64,000 bases of DNA from Eledone cirrhosa (taxonomy: Eukaryota): the NCBI GenBank assembly GCA_964016885.1, contig CAXHJY010001136.1:1-64000 (forward strand), in the 5' to 3' direction. The notes under the pieces were generated by a model. The model was not told the DNA's origin. It made no database searches and saw only the letters and a program-made list of their open reading frames with translations. Shown here piece after piece: positions 13,510 to 25,750 of the stretch; the stretch's first letter is position 1; each line of letters begins with the position of its first letter. The translations under genes were made by a program, and so were the position numbers.

Positions 13510-13670
13510 TGTCCTGGGTATGACATTAAACTACATCCAGTGGCAAGGCTCGAGTTCGGGAGTTCAGGAGATGTGGGGAGCGTGGAGTTACCCCTTAGTT
13601 ATCATAACTCCCAGGTCTGCTCTGGCCCGGAGTAGTAGTACCTGTTAAGGCCCCGTTTATGGGTTAAATA
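13510..13670 (+). mobile_element. Octopus-type SINE body fragment
   Basis: TGTCCTGGGTATGACATTAAAC...CTCCCAGGTCTGCTCTGGCCCGGAGTAGTAGTACCTG; recognised from memory only. Confidence 0.5.
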
Positions 13671-13820
13671 TTTACCTTATTCGAGTAGCGCCGGTAAGGT
13701 ATTATCAGCCATTGAAAAGCACCCTAGACATATATATTATATATATATATATAGTGGTAGAACACTGGAAGGTAATATCCGTAGTGGTAGAGCACTCAGT
13801 CCATGGGACGAGTTAGGTAG

Positions 13821-14024
13821 AAGTGGTTACACAACAGTTAGTTCACCATACCGAGAACAATTGTTTCACCTTAGCAGATCCTCAGCTCTTAATGGACATG
13901 GTTATACGGAATAACCATGTCCATTACGTATAACCATTCCGTATAACCATGTTCATTGCGAGCTGAGGATCCGCTAAGGTGAAACAATTGTTCTCGGTAT
14001 GGTGAACTAACTGTTGTGTAGCCA

Positions 14025-14027
<3 letters not shown>
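13821..14027. repeat. About 207-bp imperfect palindrome with an HHR motif on each arm
   Basis: AAGTGGTTACACAACAG... / ...CTGTTGTGTAGCCACTT; centre has nested ATGGACATGGTTAT / ATAACCATGTCCAT repeats. Confidence 0.9.
13959..13996 (+). ncRNA. Minimal type I hammerhead motif (mirror copy ~13852-13889, minus strand)
   Basis: Stem I CGAG/CUCG; CUGAGGA; weak 2-bp stem II; GAAAC-AAUU-GUU (palindromic helix III, GUU triplet). Confidence 0.6.
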
Positions 14028-14086
<59 letters not shown>

Positions 14087-14090
<4 letters not shown>

Positions 14091-14614
14091 ATAAGCAGAA
14101 CAAGCAAAATTCAACCAATTTTTTAAAATAAATTAAAAAATATAATTTAAATATTTACCTATTCTTTTGGCCCTGACCGATCGGTTTCGCTTTGTAAAAC
14201 ACCAGAAATCCAATGGATTTCTAATGGAAAATCAAAGTTCATCAGAGAAGCATTTTCCTTTCCTAGGGCTAAAGACCCAGGAACGATAAAATATATTGTT
14301 ATCCGCCAGCTAGCACGGATCTAATAAGGTCGAAAAATGACCCGTACGTGAACTGCCCGAGGTAAAAGCGGGAAAACCATAGACGCGTTGTCTATCTCGT
14401 TACTAAAAATAGCAGCTAAATAGAAACAACAGATTTGTTCTCTACATAACGGAGAAATAATAGAAGTTAATATACCCAAGGATACTAAGTACCCCTGGAA
14501 ATATATAGGTTGTCTATGATTTAAGGTTGTTCTATGGTATTAATTTGACATGCCAGAACTATAATATTAAGATAAGCAGAACAAGCAAAATTCAACCAAT
14601 TTTTTAAAATAAAT
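14087..14614 (-). mobile_element. Non-coding HHR-bearing unit with 47-bp terminal direct repeats (period 481 bp) in (TA)n
   Basis: TAAGATAAGCAGAACAAGCAAAATTCAACCAATTTTTTAAAATAAAT at 14087-14133 and 14568-14614. Confidence 0.8.
14169..14251 (-). ncRNA. Type I hammerhead ribozyme, canonical GUC site
   Basis: Minus strand: UUCU-CUGAUGA-aCUUUG...CAAAGc-GAAACC-GAUC-GGUC-AGGG; predicted cut between 14175 and 14174. Confidence 0.8.
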
Positions 14615-14683
14615 ATATATATATATTATATTATATTATATTATATTATATTATATTATATTATATTACATTATATTATATAT

Positions 14684-14778
14684 TGACTTTGCCTTTCATC
14701 CTTACGGGGTCGATAAAATAAAGTACCAGTAATGCACTGGGTAATTGCTGGCCTTGTGCCTAAAGTAAAAACAATTAT
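14684..14778 (+). mobile_element. SINE family A, 5'-truncated
   Basis: GACTTTGCCTTTCATCCTTACGGGGTCGATAAAATAAAGTACCAG. Confidence 0.85.
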
Positions 14779-14826
14779 ATTATATATATATTATATATAT
14801 ATATTATATATATATTATATATATAT

Positions 14827-14860
<34 letters not shown>

Positions 14861-14873
14861 ATTATATATATAT

Positions 14874-14907
<34 letters not shown>

Positions 14908-14928
14908 ATTATATATATATATATTATA

Positions 14929-14993
<65 letters not shown>

Positions 14994-15011
14994 ATATATA
15001 TCATATATATG

Positions 15012-15057
<46 letters not shown>

Positions 15058-15226
15058 ATACTTTGGGAGGGTCATGTTGCCAATAAGAAACACACGCACC
15101 AGTTGCTTTCACTTCAATTTATTATATATTTATAAATTTATAAATTTACAAATCTACAAGCTTATAAATTTCTGGTTTCAACACACGATTTCAGATAAAG
15201 AATCTTGCTAAACAAATTCAGAAACG

Positions 15227-15293
<67 letters not shown>

Positions 15294-15353
15294 AAGGGCG
15301 GTGTCCCAGCATGGCTTCAGCCGGATGGCTGGAACAGGTAAAAGAGTAAAAGA

Positions 15354-15410
<57 letters not shown>

Positions 15411-15644
15411 GAGACAGAGAGGGGGAGGGGAGAGACAGGGAGATAGAGACAGAGATTGAAAAAGATAATGTAGGAAACCCAGATGCTGAAAATAACTGTA
15501 AATAGAATCGGTTGCTATAAATAGCTGGCCACTTTATCCGTCTATAAGAGGTTTTTATCCAATTTTCTAAGGTATTTATAGCAACCTGGTGCATTTACAG
15601 TTATTTTCTGCGTTTGAGTTTCCTAGATTTTCTATGAACTCCAT

Positions 15645-16612
15645 AATCCCCCAGCGCTGCGAATGTGATGATGGGAAACTGGCTGCGTCAAGTTTCCTTT
15701 CGATGTCTACATATAAAGCGGCGTGCCTAGGAAAGATACCTGCACTGTGCCGACAAGAGAGTGGATGTAGTCCGAACTCTTCGACCATAGCTCCGCAACA
15801 TCATTTGTCTGGCTGACGCTCTCGGAAACAATAGCAATGGGCCATTTCAATGCGCGAGGACTCATCATCAATAAGAGTACAGGTTCATAAGGAGGACATC
15901 TAATTGAGCCACGCGCCACTGTTTGGTTGCGTGGCAGAATGGAATCAGGAGAGACGGTGTTGGTTCAAGGAAATCTCGATCCGTACGAAGGTTGATCTGC
16001 ATTTGATGTCGTTCCAGTTGTGTTGGTATCCTGCATACTGGGGAACAGCGAGGTCATCGTCAAGACAAATGGCCTGAGCTGACTTGAATTCCCGGCCCAC
16101 ATTTAGTTCTGATGTCTTGAAGCGAACCCATGAGAATGCAGCTGGTGATGATGAAAGATAAGTGTGCCGACAGTGCAAGGCCAGAAGTTACTCGAACCAT
16201 CGAACCTCACGAAGAGTTTCGCCTCTTACCGTCGAAACTAACGTTAGAGATGAGTTCAGTGCAGTTACGGGCGTGGTATTTAGTTTGTTGGGGAGGTCAG
16301 CATGGAGGTGATACGGCGTACTGCACCGCGTAAAGAGAAGTTTTGTGAGTGCGAAACAGTTACTCAAGAGAAGAGTGCTGGATGCGCATCGATGAGGTGT
16401 AATCTGTCTGTTATCCTCAGCAGGTCAGCTTTGTCTCCAAGCACGCGCGCATGGAGTTCGAAATGATTGGAGAGCCGAGAATGTAAGCATCGTCCTCTCG
16501 GGTTAGGTTTGACTCGGTCAGAAAGGGCTGAATGCTAAGTACGGCGTCAATATATTAAGTTTCGCCGTAGTTCACTTTTATCACCGCAAACTTGGACGAG
16601 TTAATCTCGATA
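15645..16612 (-). mobile_element. Decayed CRE-clade non-LTR retrotransposon fragment (RT end to zinc-finger region)
   Basis: Minus-strand translation gives EINSSK, AYILGSPI, QPNSGAWLN and GLHPLSCRHSAGIFPRHAAL, typical of CRE-clade C-terminal regions. Confidence 0.75.
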
Positions 16613-17860
16613 TGGCTGGGATGATATTCTGAAGGGTCGTCAACGACAAATTTCGATTTTCAGCATCCATAATTGTCATTCCTTCCTTTTCAGAGCAGTC
16701 TATCAAGAGTCTTGAGGAGTTCTCTGATAAATTTTGCTCTCATTCAATAATCTAAGATTGACCTTGAAGCCTTGCTTATCAAGATTGACAAATCAAGCAT
16801 GTCCGGCAGATTCAAAGCCTGGTTTTAAGAACACATTATCTTGCCTCGAATTGTGTGGCCTCTGTGGGTTTTCACAGTTCCTTTAACAACATTGAAGTCT
16901 CATGAAAGGAAAATCAGCATCTTTCTCCGCAGGTAACTGGGCTCTCCTCACTGCCTCAGCAGTGCAGCATTATGCAGTACTAGTATCATCTTGCAGCTCC
17001 CATTCAGTGTCCTCACAGAAGAGTCTGGTAGCACAAGCAAGTCACGAACTGCAGTGCAGAGATTCTAGGTATCAAAATGATACGTCAGCTGGCATCAAGG
17101 TGAGGACAGACAAAAAATTGAGAGTGGAGAGGATGGTGCAAGTATAAGAGTCACACTTATGGCAAAAAGAGCTGATTGGTATTATTCCCGCTGGCATAGC
17201 GGGCATGGGATTCTTCTCAAAAACCCAGACTGGAAAGGTCCATGCAGTGAAATACATCATCTTATCCAGGAAGAGGTTCGAGCAGGCGTAGTGAAAGTGA
17301 GAGAGAACAGAAGCAGAGGGCTCAAACACCAAAGAGCATGGACCGGGTGGGAGGGTGTGCTGCAATGCAAGATCACCTGATCTAACAGCATGCAAGCAGA
17401 CTTCCATCGTATTTGGTTCCTTGTCCTAGCAGTCTACAATGCCAAAGAAAACCCACCTGGAGCAAGTGCAAGACACCTTCTTGTCATTCTGCTCAGGAAA
17501 GGGTTCTTTAAATTAGAACATCTCAGTAGCTGCTAAAAGGCTCTTAGAGAGGACCGCTACTGTTGGCACCATGGGGCTGGTGCTTAAGTCAGTTGCTGGA
17601 ACTGAGCCATTGCTATCGGCACCAGGAAGCATTACCATGCCCCAAATAAATCGCTTTCTTTTATAAAAGCCGGAAGGAAACCCTGTTCACAACAAAGAAC
17701 AAGGACAGGTCTCCTTATACGGCCTCTGGCAACTACACGTCGATCTGGGTAAGCAGTTGAAGTTTCCACAACACATAATACTAACGTTGTTCTGGCCAGA
17801 CAAGACGACTACATAAAAATAGACAAAACAATTAATAATGCTGACACAGTAATCTGAGAA
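16613..17860 (+). mobile_element. Decayed HERO-clade (RLE-type) LINE 3' half
   Basis: KIDKSSMSGRFKAWF*EHIILPRIVWPL...ERKISIFLRR*LG...LQLPFSVLTEE; LIQEEVRAG...QRAWTGWE; degenerate CCHC region. Confidence 0.85.
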
Positions 17861-18039
17861 GATTAGTTAACACGGTACTCAGAAGTATCGAAGAGTAGAA
17901 CCATTCAATCCGTGAACGAACCCAGAGAAAGAGAGAGAGGGGCGAGGGGTGAAATAATTTAAGGAGGAACTAGAAACTCGTTTCGTTCTATTGTAGATTT
18001 AATCCAATTTACACCATATGTGTTGTTCCGACGTGTTAC

Positions 18040-18130
<91 letters not shown>

Positions 18131-18291
18131 GATAGAGAGAGAGAAAGCCGGGGTACGTTGTATATGTATTAAGAAAAAACAGAAATAAACTTAAACAACT
18201 AAGAGGTTTTCTTAACCACGTTACCTCGATTTTGTATCGTCATCATCTCTTTTCTATTTCATTTGAAGCGTTGTTATTTATTATTTCACAT

Positions 18292-18338
<47 letters not shown>

Positions 18339-18368
18339 AGAGAGAGATGGGGGGAGAAAGAGAATAAT

Positions 18369-18560
18369 AATTGTTTCTACTTTTTGCACAAGGCCGGAAA
18401 TTACCCCAGTGTATTACTGGTACTTTATTTTATCGACCCCTTAAGGATGAAAGGCAAAGTTAACCTCGGAGGTTTTTAAACTCAGAAGTAAAGGGCCATA
18501 ACTCTGTGTTGCAATGGCATGATGACTGACGCTCTACCGATACTGGCAATCCACCGCCCT
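18369..18560 (-). mobile_element. SINE family A
   Basis: Full head and central block; GAGAATAATAAT on both flanks. Confidence 0.88.
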
Positions 18561-18668
18561 AGCGAGAATAATAATAATAACTCGCAACACTAAATTTTCC
18601 TTATATATATATATATATATATAGTGACGAAACATAAGTCAATTGCATGAACTCATAATCCTTTATTT

Positions 18669-18724
18669 ACTGCTATATATATTTCGATGATAGCTATTGA
18701 ATGGCTATGACCTCATCAGGCAGT
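18669..18724 (-). ncRNA. Type I hammerhead ribozyme in a 180-bp insert between two (TA)n tracts
   Basis: Stem I ACUGC/GCAGU (perfect); CUGAUGA; stem II GGU.AUAGC/GCUAU.AUC; GAAA-U-AUAU-A-UA (AUA triplet). Confidence 0.82.
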
Positions 18725-18799
18725 TAGTCAGTTCTTAGATATGCCAGCTCTGTGTTTATAGTGTTGATGGTATCAGAGGATATATCTTCGTTGAGTGCT

Positions 18800-18881
<82 letters not shown>

Positions 18882-19387
18882 ATAATAATAAATTTGAAGA
18901 CTAAAATCCAAAGAGGGCTCGATAAGGATAAATATACGTATATTTGATTGTTTATGTTATGGCGTATATTTTATATATTCTGGTACATATGCTTTTGGTT
19001 ATGTGTATACGTGAGTTTTGCGCCTGTGTGAGTATGCGGGTTCGTACGTATGTAGGGTGTGTGTATATGTGTACTTCGTGTTTTGGTTGACGTACGTCTC
19101 CGAACATTTGTGTATTTACATGTAGGTATGTGTGTGCGCTTGTTATATACGTATTTATTTATTTATATACGTTTATTTAATTATTTGTATACACACACAC
19201 ACACACACACACACATATTTATATGTGCGTGTATTTGTATACCTATGGCGAGTGTTTTCGCGTATGCTTGTGTATGTACGTTAATGGATGCGTGTATGTA
19301 TTTATTTAATTTCAATTACTTCTGTATTTTATTTACTTTATTCTTAACTCTGAAGCGGAGAATCATTCGGTTTCCTAGTTAGAATTT

Positions 19388-19648
19388 TAGTCTACGACTT
19401 CAGTTATACCATTTACGTGGTTTTGTCTTTGCGTGCAATTGTTCTCCACGCTCCACATATGACGTATTATCTTCGTTTTTTTCGTTCATTGCCAGAGAAC
19501 GTCTCTATGCACCACCTAAGAGAACATTAGTCTACGACTTCTTTTATACCATAAACGTGGTTCTGTCTTTGCGTGTAATTGTTTTTCACCGCTCCAAATA
19601 ATGACGTATTATATTCGTTTTTTCCCGTTCTTTGCCAGGGAACGTTTC
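19388..19648. repeat. Diverged tandem duplication, period about 139 bp
   Basis: TTAGTCTACGACTTC...TGCCAG(A/G)GAACGT at 19388 and 19527. Confidence 0.85.
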
Positions 19649-19770
19649 CACGAACCAAAGTATCGTCTTCCTGTCTTCCTCCGGTTGCAACGTTTTTTGA
19701 AATATTCACTTCTGCGTTCACAGATTGACTTTGTTAGTTTCAGAAGATCCCGTTAAACTTTAATCTGTTA

Positions 19771-19877
<107 letters not shown>

Positions 19878-19908
19878 GTATATATATATATATATATATA
19901 CCGTATAT

Positions 19909-20219
19909 ATAGTATAAAAAAACGAAAAATCAGTGATGTATCTGGACTCAGTTTATTGCGTGTTACAATTGTTTTGCCGGCAGGTAGCTCGAGACATGAT
20001 TACTGTATGGATCTGGCTGATGCTACGGATGAAGGTTCCTTCGGACAGAGTGAGAAAATTTGCTCCGAACGAACTACCCGTGTCCGAAGGAACTTGCAGC
20101 GGTAGAATCAGCTAGATCCATACACTGATCATGTCTCGAGCTACCTGCCGGCGAAACAATTGTAACACGCAATAAACTGAGTCCAGATGCATCACTGATT
20201 TTTCGTTTTTTTATACTAT
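19909..20219. repeat. About 310-bp fold-back (arms ~140 bp, spacer ~33 bp) with variant HHR-like motif
   Basis: Arms 19909-20047 and 20081-20219; CGUGU-CCGAAGG...GAAAC-AAUU-GUA-ACACG at 20079-20169. Confidence 0.88.
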
Positions 20220-20300
20220 CCACACTCTGCTCTGTATGAATATTGAGTGCTAATTTTGGCATACCGCCTATGGAAGCACCATAGCTACCATTACACACAC

Positions 20301-20363
<63 letters not shown>

Positions 20364-20369
20364 CCATGC

Positions 20370-22483
20370 CGAATGCAGAACTTCAAGAAAGAACATTACT
20401 GCTGCAATTAAAACAAAAATAACTTATTTCTTAGAGAGAAACTAGTATCAGTTTAAGTGAACCTAGCATGAAGTATGGTGTAGTGAACTCTACAATGTGT
20501 CCTACTTTGAACAAAACGGGTGAGCTAAAAATGGAAAGGTGGCCAACGGTATGTACAATTTCAATAGTGCTTATGCCTCAGATACAGATGAAATGGAAAA
20601 TTCATTATTAATGTGGATAAAAGAAAAAAATAATTAGCTGGCGATTCAATGGGTGTATTATTTATTTGTTAAAAAGTCTATCTCTTTACGAACGTCTTGA
20701 GTGAAATGCTCTAGTTGCCATTGGCGGAAAGTTAGTGATGTTTCAAGTCAGCAAAGGTTGGTTCGAATCATTCAAAAAGCGTTCTAGTGTTCACATTGAA
20801 CAAACGATCATTACGCAAGAGGAAGCCCGATTGTTTAAGCATAAGCTGATGGAGGGCAGGCTAACGTTATTTTTAATCCCACCGAGGTTAACTTTGCCTT
20901 TCATCCTTACATGGTCGATAAAATAAAGTACCAGTAATATACTGGGATAATTGCTGGCCTTGTGCCAATAGTAGAAACAGTTATTTTTCTATACTCATGC
21001 CTCAGAGAATTGTAAAATGAAGCTACTGTTAGTGTATCATTCAGAAAACCCCTGAGCCTTCAAGAATACTACCAGGTTTGGTGTTTAGAGGGCTTCTAAC
21101 TCAAGGGTTCGGATTACTAGGAACTTGTTTACTGCATGGTTCACTGATGTCTTTGCTCCTTCTGTACGTGACAATCTCAAAGAGAAGAGTCCACTAGTGA
21201 AGGCTCTTCTTGTTATGGACAATGGTTCAGAACACCCGTCTAACCCCATGGACCAAATTCCACAGGTGTTTGATTTTATCAAATTACATTTCCTACTTTC
21301 CAATACCACCCCTCTGCTACTACTCATGAGTCAGCAAGTGTTTGCATTTTTGTAAAAAAATTATACACAAATTATCTATTTAGAATCTGCTTTGAAGCGA
21401 CTTCGTCTATTGATGTGATATTAGAAGAGTTTTGGAAAAATTACTTCATTGTTCAAGTGCTTGAACTCTTGTTGAAAAACATTGCGGCCTGGTGCTATCT
21501 CTTCAACGGATTTTGAAATATCTGATAGAGAGCCTGTAGCTGAGAACATTTTATGCTTGAGCAGTTTTATGGGTCTCGAAGCGAATGAAGAGGACACTTT
21601 ATTTAGTTGAGAAGCTGGAAAGAAAACTGTCCTTGGATCCTCGCAACAAGGGCTGAATTCTGAGGAAGAGGATCAAAATAAAAAAAAATATATATAAACT
21701 ATATCAGGAGAAATGCTAAAGATTGTATTTTACCTCTGCGTGAGCTCACAGACACTATGAGAACACATCACCCTCTCTCAGAGGAAGTTGAATCAGGTGT
21801 GAAATATTTGTCTAATACAGTGTTGCAGTTCTTTGGGAATGTCCAGAAGAATAAATAGACTATGGCAATCCACCCTGGATACTTTCTTTTAAAACATGAC
21901 CCAAGAAACTTCTACTTCGGTTGTTTCTTTTTCAATATAAGAAGGTCCAGATTATTCACCAGAAGAAGAAAGTAGTTCTCCTAAGAAATTTATAAGAGGT
22001 GACTACTCTTCTTGTTCTAAAGAATTCCTCATTACACTGCCGTCCATCACTTTGGATCATCAGCCTTTCAAACACAAGCAACAAATTGAGTAATTTTTCA
22101 ATTGTTGATTGTTAAAAACATCTTTAAATTTTTAATTTGCTTATTTCATATATCAATCTTTATAATTAAGTATGTGTTTAATTAAATGATTAATTAACTT
22201 GTGTTTTGTTTTGTTTTTTATTTTAGAGATCTTAAAAATGATATTTATAATGTCATAATATCAGTTTATTTTGTAAATATTTATTATAATATTCATTATC
22301 TTTTATATCTTCGAAAGAGAGATTTTTAAAATAATCTGCGGATTTTTGTATTTATTAAATTTTTTTTTCCGAATATCTATTCTTGCAATTTATTATCTTA
22401 TTGTACTAATATTGCACCGAGTTGTTTTATTGACAATTTGTGTTTACTGATTTTTAAAGGGTTAGTTTGCATAGGATCCACTG
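20370..22483 (+). mobile_element. Decayed Tigger/pogo DNA transposon (CENP-B HTH plus DDE), interrupted by a SINE
   Basis: EMENSLLMWIKEK; FQVSKGWFESFKKR; LLLVYHSENP; FTAWFTDVFAPSV...ALLVMDNGSEHP...NTTPLL; ends GGATCCACTG-TA. Confidence 0.88.
20875..20984 (+). mobile_element. SINE family A, truncated, inserted in the Tigger DDE region
   Basis: AATCCCACCGAGGTTAACTTTGCCTTTCATCC...GAAACAGTTATT. Confidence 0.85.
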
Positions 22484-22492
22484 TATACATAT

Positions 22493-22536
<44 letters not shown>

Positions 22537-22675
22537 AGGGGATATAACTTGGAGTTACTGCAGGTTCACCCGGGAGAGCACTCGATGTTTAGGTTCACTT
22601 CTGTGATGAGGTGTAGAGCTATACAGAGTGTAATATATTGAAAGGATAACAAGGATTTTCTTATAGCATTTTAAA

Positions 22676-22785
22676 GGGTCCGTTGAGCTGCCGATCATTG
22701 AGTCGGGTAGGATCGATACAGATCGAACCTTGATCAATACAGATCGATACAGATCGAACCTTGAGTGGCGAAACGCGCGTCACCT
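22676..22785 (+). ncRNA. Decayed or variant type I HHR in a 300-bp insert between (TA)n tracts
   Basis: Stem I GGGU/ACCU; core CCGUUGA (two changes from CUGAUGA); stem II GCUGC/GUGGC; GAAAC-GCGC-GUC. Confidence 0.55.
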
Positions 22786-22832
22786 ACCAATAAATGTAAT
22801 GAAGGAGTAACCAATCGTCCTTGTTATCTTTT

Positions 22833-22936
<104 letters not shown>

Positions 22937-23373
22937 TTATTAAAATAACAGATTCAAGTTTAAGCAAAGAATCGCTGCTTTCACCCTTAACGGGAGTCTT
23001 CAAATTTGTTATTATTACTATATATATATATATATATATATATACAGAGGCCAACTGGCCAGGTTGCCAGGTTGCCCAATGGCAAGTAGCCACCAGGGGG
23101 CCCACGGTAGCATTGCAGGAGCCCTAAGTAGCATTGCAGGGCCCACTGTAGTATTTTAGGGGACAATGCTTTGCTTTCAAAAAATACCTGAAGTCTAAGA
23201 GAAAGAATAAAATATTTAAAAAAATAAATAAAACAATTAAGCAAAGCATTTGGCCAGCCAATTCCCCAGGGAATGAATAGAAACCAAAATATATGATAGT
23301 GCAAATAGCTGGTATGTATCAGTGGTTATACATTCTACTAAATCTAAAGCTTAGTACATTCATTCATGCATGT

Positions 23374-23481
<108 letters not shown>

Positions 23482-23492
23482 GCATATATTTA

Positions 23493-24226
23493 TGTGGTTG
23501 ATTTATACTGATTGGGAGTAGAAATACTGTATATATTGTGTCTAATGATTCTTTGGACTTACCTTTATATATATTGCTCTGATTATTAGTTATTTAATTA
23601 ATTCTTCATTGAGCCACACCGTGAATGGTTGCCAAAAACATATATATGTATGTACCCTTTAAATTTTATATACCCCCGTAAGGTTGAGTAAAACTTTAGA
23701 CAGTATTCGGCTGCGCTTTCTAGCAACCAGCCTACTCGCCGACAGGCACCAATCACAAACTTTCTGCCTTCACCACTGGCCACATGATGATTCTTAGCCA
23801 TTTTGAATTCGTTTCTGGCGGGGATCATGGTAGAAAAATCTTTGTCCAATTGAGTTATCTCCTGATGAGTTCCAAACCTCGTTGATTTATCTAAGACCGG
23901 ATATATCCAAAAAGTGAACGAAACCGCCGGGTGGTAGAGATTATGAAGATTTTGGTAAAGTTTATGTGCATTTTTTCTTCTAACTTTGATTTTGTACCTA
24001 ATTATGTGTAGTTAACTATATGTCTAGTCAATTATAATAGAAATATTAAGTAAATTTTTTGTAGCTATACATCGCGGATAAAAAGCTATATCATTTGTCT
24101 ATTATTTCTTCATAAGTACATTTTAAACTTATAGCCTCGTTTAAATGATTTTTTTTTTGTGTGGTTGATTTATACTGATTAGGAGAAATACTGTATATAT
24201 TTTATCTAATAATTCTTTGAACTTAC

Positions 24227-24237
<11 letters not shown>
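23493..24237 (+). mobile_element. Non-coding HHR-bearing unit with ~80-bp terminal direct repeats (period 667 bp)
   Basis: TGTGGTTGATTTATACTGATT...ACTTACCTTTATATATA at 23493-23573 and 24160-24237; (CA)n on the left, (TA)n on the right. Confidence 0.8.
23857..23941 (+). ncRNA. Type I hammerhead ribozyme, GUA site
   Basis: Stem I AUCUC/GAGAU; CUGAUGA; stem II GUUC/GAAC with long loop; GAA-ACCGC-CGG-GUGGU-A; predicted cut after 23936. Confidence 0.85.
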
Positions 24238-24267
<30 letters not shown>

Positions 24268-24440
24268 TACATATACATACATATACATATATGTATAAAA
24301 ATACACACACATACATATATATAAACATATATATAAATCTATATATGCACATGTACATGCACACGTTGATGTCTTCCAAAAGTAACGGTTGCATTTTGAA
24401 AGGGTACGTCAATGTTTATTTATAAAACTGGTATATATTG

Positions 24441-24505
24441 TATTTTGTCTGATGAAGGCATACCATAACTTAACATGGTATCCTTGAAATATGTATAATG
24501 AAATA
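24441..24505 (+). ncRNA. Type I hammerhead motif, homologue of 6787-6852
   Basis: Same stem I; CUGAUGA; stem II AUACCAU/AUGGUAU; GAAA-U-AUGU-A-UA. Confidence 0.75.
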
Positions 24506-24544
24506 AATATGGTTTTATAAATATAGTTTCCATTTGTTAATATC

Positions 24545-24608
<64 letters not shown>

Positions 24609-24717
24609 GAATAAATGTACAAAGAACAAAAAACAAAGAGGCAGTACAAATGGTATGTTTTTAGTTTCACGCTTGAGTGAATGTAAAAAACCAAAGGACA
24701 TTATACTGAAACAGTAT

Positions 24718-24911
24718 AGGCGGTGGATTGGCAGTATCGGTAGAGGGTCGGACGCCATGCTTTGCAGCAAAGAGCTACGGTCCTTTATGGTCTGAGTTCA
24801 AATCCCGCCGAGGTTAACTTTGCCTTTCATCCTTATGGGGTCGATAAAATAAAGTACCAGTAATACATTGGGATAATTGCTGGCCTTGTGCCAAAAGTAG
24901 AAACAATTATT
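24718..24911 (+). mobile_element. SINE family A, full length
   Basis: GGCGGTGGATTGGCAGTATCGGTAGAG (A box), GAGTTCAAATCCC (B box), central block, tail GAAACAATTATT. Confidence 0.92.
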
Positions 24912-25124
24912 GAAAGTCTCTGGATTTCGCAAAATACATACTATTTTTTATTGGAGAAGGTAAGGTATTTTCCCGCAAAAATTTGATTGCACTGTTTTGT
25001 TTCCACTTATGTATTTTTTGAAAATGTTATTTATTCACTAAAAAAATTAAATGATAGCATTCTATATGTAGTTGGGCCCCCTTCATCTCCTGGCAACCAA
25101 TATTTTTAGACGCAGTCTGCCACT

Positions 25125-25190
<66 letters not shown>

Positions 25191-25524
25191 CGCCAATCAT
25201 TGTAACTTTGAATCTAACTGACATGCAAAAACATATATATATGAATAACGTAAACCCAAATCATAGTAGATTCAAATATCATAGAGAGAAAGAGAGACAG
25301 GGGGAAATGAGGTGCAATAGAAATGAAACATGAATTACAGGTCATAATATAGTCTAGATAGATGTGAAACAAAACGAGTATGTAGTTTATGGAACACCCA
25401 AATGATTTAGAAGTCGACCTTAAGTAGGAACAATAACATTATGAAAGACATGAACGACCCCACATAATTTTGTTTTGAAAATTTTGAAAGTAGGTTTATA
25501 AGTATGAATTTTCATAAGATTTTC

Positions 25525-25750
25525 GTAGCTGTCTCAATGGCCTAACTGAAGGTACAAGAGACGGTGGAGATCCTGGCTTTGGTTTCAATCCTGGTCAAGA
25601 GTACGAGTAATATTTTGCAGTTTTTATTTTACATCCCATAGAAAAAAACTGAAAAGGTTTGCCGGGAACCATACTCCCGACCATGATCTAGCTTCAGATC
25701 AGGATCACCACCGTCTATGATTCCTCTAACTAGGCCGCTGAGACAACTAC
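25525..25750. repeat. Inverted pair of about 80-bp decayed tRNA/SINE-head-like segments
   Basis: 25525-25605 GTAGCTGTCTCAATGGCCTA...GACGGTGGAGATCCTG versus reverse complement of 25670-25750. Confidence 0.7.

Noticed and set aside
24718-24810. tRNA gene
   Set aside because: A and B boxes are present but there is no cloverleaf, and it continues into a multi-copy SINE body
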